Source: the human T2T-CHM13v2.0 reference genome, Homo sapiens. From it: DNA of 64,000 nucleotides. This document shows positions 51,362 to 64,000 of this stretch, in pieces. Each line of letters starts with the position of its first letter. Within the stretch, counting starts at the first letter, position 1. Both the position numbers and the translations under genes were made by a program. Below the pieces are notes generated by a model, which made no database searches, was not told where the DNA came from, and worked only from the letters and a program-made list of their open reading frames with translations. The stretch lies in NCBI RefSeq assembly GCF_009914755.1, contig NC_060933.1; one strand, given 5' to 3'.

Positions 51362-54300
51362 TGCTTTTAGCTCTTACAATCGAGGGTAAATCTACTTATA
51401 AGGGTGGATTGCAGTATGCATGTATTTGAAGAAACCTGATACACATTGCTTCATTTTTTCATACAGCCTTAAGCAGATTATTAAATTTACCTTTTTATTT
51501 GAGTACTAACACTTTTCCTACATAGTTAGAGAGAGCTGTTTGCTCAGTTAATGCAGCAAAGGGATGAGGGTAAGAATGTGTGACAGTTAGCTCATTCTAA
51601 TTTGCTTATTGATTGTTGGACATATTCCCTCAATTACTTGACCTCAGCTCCTATATTGGGGCTTACATTAGGTGAACACCCAGGGTCTCAGGGCTCCACG
51701 TGGGTGTTTGAAATCACTTGTCTAGATATATAAAAGAGAACAGGATATACTCACCACTTGCTTGGACACATTTTACTGCCTAAACGGTTCATTTACACTG
51801 GCCAGTGATGCATTACTTCTTGCCCCTAAGTGTTTCTCAATCTGTGTTTTGTATCTAAAATACGCCTTTTTCTCCATAATCTTTTAAGTTGTCTTTTTTT
51901 GCTAGCATTGCTTATAAAATCTCATTTTCTCCAAGAAATCTCTCTTGAAGCTTAGAAAAACAAAATTGGGGTAATATTTTCTAGGTAAATAGGCACAATT
52001 CTATAATTCTATATTCCATGATTTGTATTAAATATAATATAAATATTGATACATATTCTTTGTCTTTCAGAATAGGTATGTTATGTTCATATGTGTCAGG
52101 TTGGATCAGTATTTAAATTTTACTACTGAGATAAACAAAGAGTTATTAGCAATTTTTAAAAGTTGCTGTACAATTTGTCATATTTCATTGTGCTTCTTAA
52201 TGACAAATATGTCCAAGATTATATTGGGAGCTGCCATTTTCTGTACTTTATCCCCAGATTTGGGAGTGATACTTATTACAGCTTTCAGAATTTCAAGAAA
52301 TAGTAGCACTACTTTTAACTAGACTAAAGTCTTTTGTTTTTCTTTTGTATAACTTTCTGGACATTTGTAAATTCATAGGATGTCTTCCTCAAATCACAAA
52401 ATGCCTATAGTCTAATTCAATTGGGAGGTCAGATACCGGTTTAATTCTGGAGCCATATGAATATTGCCTGAGTTAATGTTATAGCTGAATATCATGCAAA
52501 TGTGGAAAAAGTCTATTGAATCAATGTCATTTTATACATGGAAATAAGCAAACAGTTGTAAATAATATGGAATATTAAAAATCTTTCTAGTAAACCAATG
52601 TTTATGTTTTTCAATTGTCTTGCTAAAGAAACATAGCTTCTTTTACCATGATGGAAAATATTGTGCTGGAAATAAAGAAAATAAAAAATTTTGGGTCTCA
52701 GCTTAGGTTATCAGTTACCTAGTCTTAAACAAATGATATATCACCAGTGAAATTTAGCTTTTAGACATCAGTAAAGTAAGAAAATAAGCCTTGTTTACCA
52801 TGAAATTTTATGCAAAAATTAGGTAATATTTAACTGGACTTATAAAGGACTTCTTTTTTCAAGAAACAATAAGAAAATGACCTGAAATAGTATAAGTTTT
52901 TATTCATAAGTGAAATTATTGCTAATTCACTTTACGATAGTCTACTTTTATTAATGGAGATCCTTGCATATTAAGACTTACAATCCTATTAATAATTGCT
53001 CACCTACAAATGACATTTGTCAAGGGATCAAAGTCTTCATGTACCACATAAAATATTATTATAACAAAGTAAACCAGCTGTATGCCTTTGATCACTACAT
53101 CAATATCTAGATCTTTTAGCTTCTATTTCTGTTCCATTCTGCTAGCCAAGGGTCTTTATAAAAATACAAAGGAAAATGAACAGCTAGTAACACATTTGAT
53201 GTGCCACTCTGATGGACTTCAGAATGCTTAATATCATCTTGTTTAATTTCATGTTTCAAAAAGCTTCTCAATGGCAGGATCAATTACTTTCAATCTCCAC
53301 ATCAATCAGTCCAGATGGTTCTCATGATTTGCTAAGGATAGCTGCAAACTGAACTTTGTGAACCCACGATGCATATTGTGTTAATCCTTGATATGGAAGG
53401 ATCCTTCTGCAGAATAAGCGGAGCTGAAAAAGGTGTGCTTACTTTCACAAACTGAATGTTATTTAAGGAATAAAAGGTATTCTTTAAAGTGTTAAATCCA
53501 GATGAACACTGAAAAATACAGTCTTCAGAAAAATCAAGTGATTTCACTTCTGTATTCATTGCTGAAATGAGAACATCATTTCATTTCTAATTCTAATTTG
53601 AATTTTGATTTAAGGTTAAAAACACTTTAGGATTGTTTCGTATTGCAGAATAATCTGTAACTTTTTCTGTAAACACTAGTTGCTAGGCTAAAACAGTGAG
53701 TTATATTTCTTTGTGTATGATACTATTTGTTTATTGTCAATTTTTCCTGAACTCACCAGTAGAATATATTTTAATTTGAATAATTTAAGAAGCAATGTCA
53801 CCAATATGGCTAGAACAATAATTTCACTTTTGTTACTAATTTAATTAAGAAGGTGATTTTTAGCAATATCCATTTCTATTTGGTTGTGTTTTTATCTATT
53901 TCAATTATTTTCTATATTGGAAGTAATTATGAATTTTAATTTTCATACAGCCCTCTTATCTTATACTTAAAAAATTTAATGTTTAATGAATTTGGAGGGA
54001 GGGCCAACCTTCATTCTTACATTTATTTATACATTCAATGGGAAAGCAGTACTATTCTCCTGAATGTTCAAACAAGCAATGGAAATTTGCAAGAGAGAAA
54101 TAATTTAAAATTTTCATCACATTGTATTGAAATTTCTTCTTTGTTTCCGTTTTTTCACCAGATCTTGAGCTCTTGAAGATGCATTGCCCATAGATGGTCT
54201 TCATTAATTTAAGCAATGTTTTCAGGGCAGTTATTCTGTGAATATGCCTGTAGGATTTAACTGGTCTTTGAATTATGGATATTATTTGGAAAGCTGGAGA

Positions 54301-55079
54301 GGAGAGCGAAGGACACTATATAGGTAGGCAAACATCTTGAAATTTTGAAACATTGTGTAATTATTTTACACATAACTGCCTGGACATGACCAACAGGTAT
54401 AAGAATAGAATCTGTTGGTTGCTAAAACTATACATTTTTAGTTAATGTCCAACATGTACCAATAGATGCCACTGAAGATCTTCTATGAAGTTCCTCCTAA
54501 GAGTCATAACTGGTGAACACAGTTCATCCATGGGGAATACAGACTATAACTTACTAATGGATTTAGGAAGGAATCTACCTAGCATTTTTGGGAAAATGTG
54601 AATAAATCAACCTGATCAATGTGGTGGGCTCCTCTAGAAAATAGAAAAAGAGGGTTAGGCTAAGTAATGTGGAGATTTGAGAAGATAGATCTGGGGTGAT
54701 AGAATATTAGATATAACAAAGGCAGTCTCTTCAACTTTACCAAGTTTTTATTGTCATTTGTGCTGGTGTCTATCAAATTGTATGTGACTGCTTGCTTTCA
54801 ATATGGCAAATGCATCTTCAGAAACATTATAACTAAGATAACTTTTCCAATAGAGTGCAAAATGTGCATCTCTAGAAAGGTTTACTCAGAGAACTCTGGC
54901 AATACAATGCCACATACATGCAGCGTTATGATCTTTAGTTTGATTTCTCCTTCCCTTGACCCTGAATAGGACTCTACAGTCAAGGAAGTTGAATGGAGAA
55001 GGAATTTGAGACGTCAGGCTGTGTTTGTTAAAAGGGTTTTATGATGTCTTCTCTTTGAGTAAATATACTGGCTATTGTA

Positions 55080-55300
55080 TCTTTCTTCCTTCCTTCCTTC
55101 CTTCCTTTATTGTATCTTCCTTCCTTCCCTCCTTCTTTCCCTGTTTCCTCCCTCCCTCCCTCCCTTCCAGCCTTCCTTCTTTCCTTCCTTCCTCCCTCCC
55201 TCCCTCCCTCCCTCCCTCCCTTCCTTCCTTCCTTCCTTCCTTCCTTCCTTCCTTCCTTCCTTCCTTCTCTCTCTCCTTCCTTAACTCCCTTCTTTCCTTC
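55080..55300. repeat. (CCTT)n/(CCCT)n simple repeat
   Basis: Direct inspection. Confidence 0.97.
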
Positions 55301-55564
55301 CATCCAGAATTATTTTTGAGAAACGCTGTGATGTGTCAGTTGGTAGCACATTCTCTGGAGCTGGTTGCTTGGATTAAAATCATAACCCTTCCTCCTATTA
55401 GCTATGTGACCTTGAACAAGCTACTAGGCCATAAATTAGGACTAATAATGGCATCAATATGATCCTGCTATAGACTGAATTGTATGAGTTAATGTATGTG
55501 AAGCATTTTTATATGGTAAGAATTGGATAAAATACAGTTACTATTTTATTTATTGAACACTTAG

Positions 55565-56380
55565 CATTTTTTAGCTTTTTATTTTGAAAAGATCTTAGAT
55601 CCATAGGGAGTTTCAAATACAGAGAGGTCTCGTGTACTATTCTACACAGTTTATTTCAAGAGTTACATCTTGTATAATTTAGTACAATATCAGGACCAGG
55701 CATTGACATTTATACAATGTGAATTCATAGGTCTATGCCAATTTTATCACGTGTTGATTAATGTGACCATTATTACAATTAAGTTACAGAACTCTTCCAT
55801 CACTAAAAGTGTCTTCCTCACATTTTATAGCCATATTCATCTCACATTCCCATACCATCACTAACCTCTGGAAATCACTAATCTGTTTTCTATATGTATG
55901 TTATTTTATTAAAGTTATATACATGAAATAATATGCCATGTGTCCTTTTGATATTTGCTTTTTTTCACTAAGCATAATGCCCTTCAGATCTATGCAAGTT
56001 ATTGCATGTGTCGAAAGTATATTCTTTTTTATTTCTGGGTAGTATTTAATCATATGGATATACCACAGTTTATTCAACCATTCACCTGTCCAACATCTTG
56101 GATGTTTCCAGTTTTTCTCTGTTAGAATTAAAGGTGCTATGAAAGATATTAAAGATCGCATATAGGTTTACATTTCTCTTAGATAAATTTCCAGGGGTGC
56201 AATTGCTGGATCTTATTATAAATATATGTTTAGTTTTTAAAGAAACTGATAAATTATTTCCAGAGTATTATAACATTTTACAATTCAAATAATGTATGAA
56301 TGATACAGTTTCTTCATCATTGCCAACTTTTGTTGTCACTATTTTTATGTTTAGTTGTTTCAATAGGTGTGTAGTTACCT
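55565..56380 (-). mobile_element. Old L1MC/L1ME 3' region
   Basis: 'ttttttcactaagcataatgccc', 'tggatataccacagtttattcaaccattcacctgt'. Confidence 0.8.
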
Positions 56381-59300
56381 AGTATTTTGATAAGAGCTGA
56401 GGATACAAATTTGAGTTGATCAAGAAGTCAAACAAATAGAAAGCAATCATTAAAGATTACAATAAAAATAAACGAAGTGAGGAGACTGCTAATAACCAGG
56501 GAAGGAACTTTAATTAAGGTATTTCAGAAAACTTCTTAGCCGAGATTTCAAAGAACAATGATCTAATTTTACAAAAAGCCACAGAAAGCTTATTTTAGAA
56601 AGAAAGAGAAACAAGCACAAAATTCTAGAGGCAGAAAAAGGGTTGGCATATACAAAGACTGTGGAAATAATTAAGAATGTTTTGGGTGTGATAAGAAAAG
56701 AAGGGAAGTGTATGACATGTGGTTGGAGAGGTAGGTAGAAAACATCAAGTCAGGATCTATGGTCATTAAAAAGAAGTTGGAAATTTTTCTTTATATTAGC
56801 AGAGGAAAGCCAAACAAGGACTTAAAGCAGAAAGTAGGGAATGAAGAGTCAAGATCTTGTGTGCTTTAAAAAAAAAAAAGCCACTCTGACTACTGTGAAA
56901 ATAGAGCATTTAGGGAGGAGATGACAAGAGGGGAGGCAGATTTGCAATGCATTGTGGTATTCTGACAGAGAGATGGGTGTGGCTTTGAGAAGTGTTCACG
57001 GAAGAAATGGAAATCTTGGAAATGGAGAGTCATGGGGAAAAAAAGAACCTAGGTCGACCTCTAGGTTTTGGGCATGAGTCATACAGGCACAGTGTAGTAC
57101 CATTTATTGGGATGAGAAAAGCTGTTGAAGGAATTTTGTTTTGCTTCGTTTCAGTGCGAACACGTGCAGCAGTCAGCTTGATTTCAGACATACTAAATTT
57201 GAGTTTTCTGTTAGATACGCAGGAGATTTCAAATAGGAGATTGGATATATTAGCTAAAATATTGCATCTGCAAGTCTCTTTTTTCAACTGATCTTAGATG
57301 GATGGATAAATAAGATAAACCAGTTGAAGTCCAGTGGAAAAATATTCCATTAAAATAAGACCTATTTGGGCTTCTATTATGATATTTTGCCCTTTCTTAT
57401 CTCTGTGACTAGAGTGAATAATAATAATCAGAGATGCAGTTTTCTCACCTGTGCAATAGTAATATCTATTAGATATGCATAGTGTGGAAAATTAGCTAAA
57501 CTCATTCATACAAAGTAACTCTGACATTGAAGGTTCTAAAATTAACAACATTTAGAATTTTAATCTTCCATCTAGTTTTACCATTTGGAGTATATAAGGA
57601 AACCTAGAAAGAAACCTTATATCCACTTGTCTATCCTATAATATTTGCACATTATAGGGTATAATCTCAGGGCATAAATACAACTTTTTATAATTCCTAT
57701 AGAGTGATACTCTTAGGCCAATATTACTGATCTTGAAAAGTGGGGTATTGAGGTATTTTACTTGGTTGTAAGCCATCAACGTGTTTTACAAATGTGATAT
57801 TAGGTTTTGATATTAGTAAAAAAAAGAAGCTTCAAAATGTCCTCTCTTTCTTTGAATGCAATCACAATCATTTCCTTTTTGAATTTTAAATATAAGTAAC
57901 CTAAAACTTAATAACTTGCTCACAAGTCTAGAAGCAGACAAAATATCACCCACAAACCTGATTTATAATACTACGTTAAACTGACTTAAGGCTTTAGACA
58001 TTCATAAACATCTTTTAATCTATTCCCCTTTTGCATGGATATGTAAATATATACTCCAGGAGGTATAATTTTTGTAGTTATTGTAGTGCTTTTGTAATGA
58101 AGAACTAAGTCTATTTTCACAGTGATAGAGAATTGAGTTGAGTTCTTTTGACCCTGGATGGATTTGTCTATTTTTTAAGGTGCTACTTAAAAATGTATAG
58201 GAGAAAATAAAAATAAATTATCTCTTTCATAAGTTAAAAATATTTTACATTTCAGCATTCTGAAAGCACAGAGGATTCAACAAAAATGATGGTTTAGAAT
58301 CAAATTCAATAAAGAAACATCAGCTTGAGATCAGACTCTCTGAGGAATGTTTTTTTTTTCCTGATGAATCTGAGCCGTTCAAGGTCCTTATAAATAAGTG
58401 AGAGCACCTTTGATTTTTGACTTTTTATAGTTAACAATTTCAGTTTGCTAATACAAAAGACCTCATGCCTTTTCATCCAGAAAACAGAGAACACTTTCTA
58501 TTATGTAAGAGTATTATGTTTGAAGGAGTATGTTTGCTTCAACTATGCGTGCTATGGTACAGAAAGAAAAACCACCTCCCTGTAGGTCTAAATCCAAGGG
58601 GTTTTCAATGTATTTGGGTTAAGTTATGTTGTAAGGTTATAGCTCTCTAAGATTTTTACAAGATGCATTATTAAACATGAATCTTCTGTAACGTGTACAG
58701 CATATCTTGTATAAAACAATGCAATATTTTCTTCTAAGTATGGGATGGCTTTGGTCACCCATGCTTAAAAAAACTTTGAAGAGACAATTCATCTTTTTCC
58801 TATGAAGCAATTTTTATTAATTGACATAATTCTTCAGCAGTCAAGCTATTACTGTCATTAGGTAGTCCTTTCCTTTATTCAGAAGCCCAAGAAGTTAGTA
58901 GAGGTTTGTATACTACGCACCTTTCACCAGAAAATAAAAAGGGAGAACTTTAAGTATTTGACATCATCAAAAATTAGGTGTTATGGTGCTATGCTTAAGT
59001 TTTGATATTATATATTAATTACATTTCCCTTAGTACTACCTCCTCTGAATTCTTGAGCTTGTCAGTAGTTGAAAACATTTGAACCTAAACCATTTTTGCA
59101 CATTCAGAACTAAATGTCTGGGTAACTTGGGAATTAATACTCTACAACCTGTGATGGAGCAGGGAGCAGGGTCAGCTGTCCATTAGCATCTCTTGTGAGG
59201 TCTCTCCATTTTCATAAAGAGGCTTGAGAAAATCTCCAGATTTGCCTGAGGGTAGACACAAAGCAATACTCAGTTATACTCAATGTTATCAACCTACTGG

Positions 59301-60582
59301 ACTTGGTATAAAAGACTTTTTGAGCACTGTATTGCCTATTAAAAAACAGTAAAGTGTAAAAGATAGTTCTTTAGACAAATTGGGCCACGGAAATGCCAAA
59401 TCATTAGTTTTGGTGTCTGTAATGCCTCACAAAGTTATAAACTTTTATGAATAATTTGCTAAGAAATTAGCTCTAATGACAGGTAGTTTATGTATATACC
59501 TTGATAACATCTACAGGTATCTTATGCACATGACATTATAGAAATATTTGTTTGGGTTTTTCTCAACCAGTCATTTTCTACACCATAATTCCAGCTCAGC
59601 CCACTCCACTTGCAATTGCTTGCTCTCATCTTCTAACTCCTGTTTATTCTTCTCAATTTCTGCTGTAATGGCTTCATTTAACCTGCTCCTCTGTATCTTG
59701 TATGCTTTTTAGTTCACTGCTTATTTCCTTCTTCCTGCTGGAAAACTTGGCTAAATAACTCGTATTAATATTTTAGCCTCATTTGGCTTTAAGATTATCT
59801 CATAAGGATATCATATATAAATGGTAGTTAATATTTCTGAGCACCAACTTCCCTTACTCCAGCTCTCAGACTTCTTCCCATTGTTATGACAATTGAAGGC
59901 TTTTTAAATTCCTGTCTTAGGAAAAGTGGCCCAAAATTTGCCATAGATCTATGATGTTTTAATTAATACTGACCTCTGAATGATCTAGAAAATAATGGTA
60001 AACCATGTATACATATTTGTGTGTGCACATGTGTGCATGTATCCATAGCATCTGTGTGTGTGTACATTTTATAGATTTTGTCTTTGTATGAAGAAATATA
60101 TTGAATATCCAAATAAGCATAATTTCTATACAAGTGAGGTATGTGGGTTAAAATCTAGTGAACAAAATATAACTATACATTCATGATTTGGAAACCTTTT
60201 AACATGATTCCTGAGGAATTACTCAATTGTTAATTGTTTCTGCCTTCTCTACCAAAATGACTAATATTTGGACTGAAAAGAAAAAAAGAGAACCTCGGTA
60301 AGGAAAAGTGGAATTTCTGTAGGTGGTAACTCTGGAATATCCCACCAAGAGAATGAATCAGATTAAAATAATGACTGTAGAAATTTCCTTGTTAGTGAAT
60401 ATTCAGCCTGGCCTTAAGGAAAATGTAGCTCTCTCTTACTGCTTTGTATCTTATTTCTTTTACTATGTCAATTCTCACCTTAGTAGAACTACTACTAGTT
60501 CTAGTACCATGGCTGTCATAGATGCAACCATTATATTCCATTTAGTTTCTTCCTCAGGTTCCCTAACAATTGTTTGAAACTG

Positions 60583-60762
60583 AATATATATGTTTATGTA
60601 TGTGTGTGTGTTCACTTTCATGTATATGGTGTATATGGGATGTGTGCAGTTTTCAGTTTTATATATATTCATATATATACATGCATATATGTGTATAATA
60701 TACATATATACATGCATACACATGTATAATATACATATATATACACATATATGCACACATAT
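60583..60762. repeat. (TA/CA/TG)n low-complexity tract
   Basis: Direct inspection. Confidence 0.9.
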
Positions 60763-61239
60763 AATCACTGAGTTCCAAAGTGAGTCTTTATTTGGTGCAA
60801 TTGTATTCTCTCCCCTCTGTCTGCTCACTGGCCTTTGCAAGACATAGCAGTTGCTTGATTTTCCTTTGGATAAGAGTCTTATCTTCGGCACTCTTGACTC
60901 TAGCCTTAAATTTAGATTTCTATTCCAGAATACCTCTCATATCAATCTTAAAACCTAAGATGGATAAAGAGGTCATAAGATTTTTAGTATGAAAGAGTTT
61001 GCTTAGTTAAATTATATCTCAGGAAACTCATTCATCTACCAGTTAAATTGTAAAATATTGTTTGTTGTATCTGAAAAAATCTTTAGAACAAGAAATGTAA
61101 CTGGGTAGCCTGTTATATCAAAGAACCCTCGATTTATTAAGTCTCCTCATAGCCATATCCTTATATAGCCCTCTCTGACACTGACTTAATAGACACTTGA
61201 CAAATTATAGTAAATTTAGGCTTGCCAAATTAAAATGGC

Positions 61240-61500
61240 AGCAATGCCAAATGAGAACCTGATCTACTCTACCAGAGAGACTAAGTGGAGGAGAACCCAG
61301 CTGATAGCACCAGTGAAGTGCCAGATATTTGAGTGATGTCACTTTGGACTATGTAGGCCTTGTCAGTCATATAAGGAAACCTAGGCAAGACTCCGACTAT
61401 TATCCTCCTGAGCCCAACCAAAGTTAACAAATTGTGAGTTTGTGTTTTAAGCAACTAAGTTTGATGACTGCTAATTACACAGCAATGGATAATTGAAATA
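61240..61500 (+). mobile_element. Old MLT1 LTR 3' fragment
   Basis: 'tgttttaagcaactaagtttg...tacacagcaatggataattgaaata'. Confidence 0.6.
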
Positions 61501-62586
61501 ACAACTAAAGATTAAAGATGAGATAATGTGTTGTGTTTAAAAATTTAGCAAGTGAGTACTTCATGAATATATTTACCTTGATGGCATTACAAGCTAAATT
61601 TTACTGGGCTTTATTAGAACAAATTATTTGAGCATTGATGAGAAAGTGAACTTTCAAACTATCTTATTTACGTTTATGTTTCAGTTATCCCACAAAAGCA
61701 GGAAATTACTTTCAACAATGCACCTGAGGTATTTTATAGTAACTCTCTGGTTATTTCCATGTGTCAGGTGGAGAAATATGGATCAGACACAAAGACAATA
61801 AGATTCATTGCTCTCTAGCGGAATACTTTTTCTTAAATGGGTTTATTAGTAAATTGAGAACTTGATTTGATGTTTACTCTGACGTGTGATGTAAAGTTCT
61901 TCCTAAAGCCCCCTTTCTTTTCCTTTTTAAAATTATTAACATAGATGAATACAGAGAATGTGAACATATTAGCTATACAGATATCACAACAGGAGAACAG
62001 TAAATGTTATGTTTTAGACTATTTCAACCCTAAAATATGGACACAGGTTGGAATGAGGATCCAATTCAACATAATAGCCTCTAATGGAATGGGAAACATA
62101 TAAAATCCTGTGTTGCTTTATGAAATGTTGCTTATTTGCTGCATGGTTTTAAAAAGTATCAGTTTTATTTAATAGTGGGATCTTTATGTCAGTGATTACT
62201 GATGTTTCCAGCAAGCTAATTCATACCAGGGAGACAATGTAAACATTTAGAAAGGGGATTATATTTCTGTACTAACTGCATATGTCAGATGACAACGAGA
62301 GTTTCAAAGTACAATCTTATGAAGGGTTGTATTGCAGATTTGGCCTAGAAGCCCAAAACCATTAAATTTTTATCAAAATTATACCTGAAAATTCTTCATG
62401 TTGTTTATTAGCAGTCATTATCTTTACAAAGATATAGGAAATAAAGTGATTTCCATCTGTTGCAATCACTTGCCTTTTACAATAGACAAAATTGTTATTT
62501 TCATTAGATTTTACAAAAGGAATGATATATAAATTTTTAAAAGGCATGTTTAGGTTCTTTCACCAGAGAAATTTAGATTATTCTTG

Positions 62587-64000
62587 CATAAAATCAATAA
62601 ACATAATCCAGCACATAAACAGATCCAAAGACAAAAACCACATGATTATCTCAATAGATGCAGAAAAGGCCTTTGACAAAATTCAACAACACTTCATGCT
62701 AAAAACTCTCAATAAATTAGGTATTGATGGGACATATCTCATAATAATAAGAGGTATCTATGACAAACCCACAGCAAATATCATACTGAATGGACAAAAA
62801 CTGGAAGCATTCCCTGTGAAAACTGGCACAAGACTGGGATGCCCTCTCTCACCACTCATATTCAACATAGTGTTGGAAGTTCTGGCCAGGGCAATCAGGC
62901 AGGAGAAGGGAATAAAGGGTATTCAATTAGGAAAAGAGGAAGTCAAATTGTCCCTGTTTGCAGATGACATGATTGTATATCTAGAAAACCCCATTGTCTC
63001 AGCCCAAAATCTCCTTAAGCTGATAAGCAACTTCAGCAAAGTCTCAGGATACAAAATCAACGTACAAAAATCACAAGCATTCTTATACACCAATAACAGA
63101 CAAACAGAGAGCCAAATCATGAGGGAACTCCCATTCAAAATTGCTTCAAAGAGAATAAAATACCTAGGAATCCAACATACAAGGGAGGTGAAGGACCTCT
63201 TCAAGGAGAACTACAAACCATTGCTCAATGAAATAAAAGAGTATACAAACAAATGGAAGAACATTCCATGCTCATGGGTAGGAAGAATCAATATCGTGAA
63301 AATGGCCATACTGCCCAAGGTAATTTATAGATTCAATGCCATCGCCATCAAGATACCAATGACTTTCCTCACAGAAATGGAAAAAACCACTTTAAAGTTC
63401 ATATGGAACCAAAAAAGAGCCCGCATCACCAAGTCAATCCTAAGCCAAAAGAACAAAGCCGGAGGCATCACGCTACCTGACTTCAAACTATACTACAAGG
63501 CTACAGTAACCAAAACAGCATGGTACTGGTACCAAAACAGACATATAGATCAATGGAACAGAAGAGAGCCCTCAGAAAAAATGCCACATATCTACAACCA
63601 TCTGATCTTTGACAAAGCTGACAAAAACAAGCAATGGGGAAAGGATTCCCTATTTAATAAATGGTGCTGGGAAAACTGGCTAGCCATATGTAGAAAGCTG
63701 AAACTGGATCCCTTCCTTACACCTTATACAAAAATTAATTCAAGATGGATTAAAGACTTACATGTTAGACCTAAAACCATGAAAACCCTAGAAGAAAACC
63801 TAGGCAATACCATTCAGGACATAGGCATGGGCAAGGACTTCATGTCTAAAACACCAAAAGCAATGGCAACAAAAGCCAAAATTGAGAAATGGGATCTAAT
63901 TAAACTAAAGAGCTTCTGAACAGCAAAAGAAACTACCATCAGAATGAACAGGCAACCTATAGAATGGGAGAAAATTTTCACAATCTACTCATCTGACAAA
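62587..64000 (+). mobile_element. Young 5'-truncated L1PA, ORF2 reverse-transcriptase region, runs off the window
   Basis: ORF 62492-63919 has L1 ORF2 motifs [28 protein letters not shown]; premature TGA at 63917-63919; endonuclease domain absent. Confidence 0.97.

Noticed and set aside
55025-55462. 145-aa ORF and overlapping ORFs
   Set aside because: Translation of (CCTT)n simple repeat
59110-59130. Short match resembling an upstream PARG exon ('aatgtctgggtaact')
   Set aside because: Only about 15 nt, no extension and no splice context; chance
62587-64000. Active L1
   Set aside because: No 5'UTR, ORF1 or endonuclease domain, and a premature stop at 63917

Overview
Human/hominoid genomic DNA with no intact protein-coding gene. 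It reads as a pericentromeric-type segmental-duplication mosaic, most likely the chr9 region that carries MEP1A and ADGRF5 pseudogenes (location inferred, not verified). Left to right: (1) ~1-10013, an intron-containing fragment of PARG with two internal exons on the - strand. (2) ~10014-15575, an old L1 fragment, a 1.25-kb pyrimidine-rich degenerate array, a compact CCAAT x3/TATA promoter-like core and GC-rich ~140-bp units on both sides of it in opposite orientations; this resembles one ACRO-composite monomer. (3) ~15575-44520, a ~29-kb copy of the convergent MEP1A/ADGRF5 3' ends from 6p12, with four disabled MEP1A exons (+) and five disabled ADGRF5 exons (-), cut inside an ADGRF5 exon. (4) ~44520-46185, an orphan 3'UTR-like segment ending in AATAAA. 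(5) ~46190-64000, AT-rich repeat-laden DNA with a nested L2>Alu>inverted L1>LTR22 stack and a young 5'-truncated L1PA. The best candidate for an undescribed system is the mirror-symmetric promoter cassette, which sits upstream of two promoter-less gene fragments pointing away from it. Also notable are a ~176-bp inverted templated insertion inside a MER5A and an unexplained 155-bp inverted repeat. Gene and repeat names come from recall of their sequences, not from database searches.
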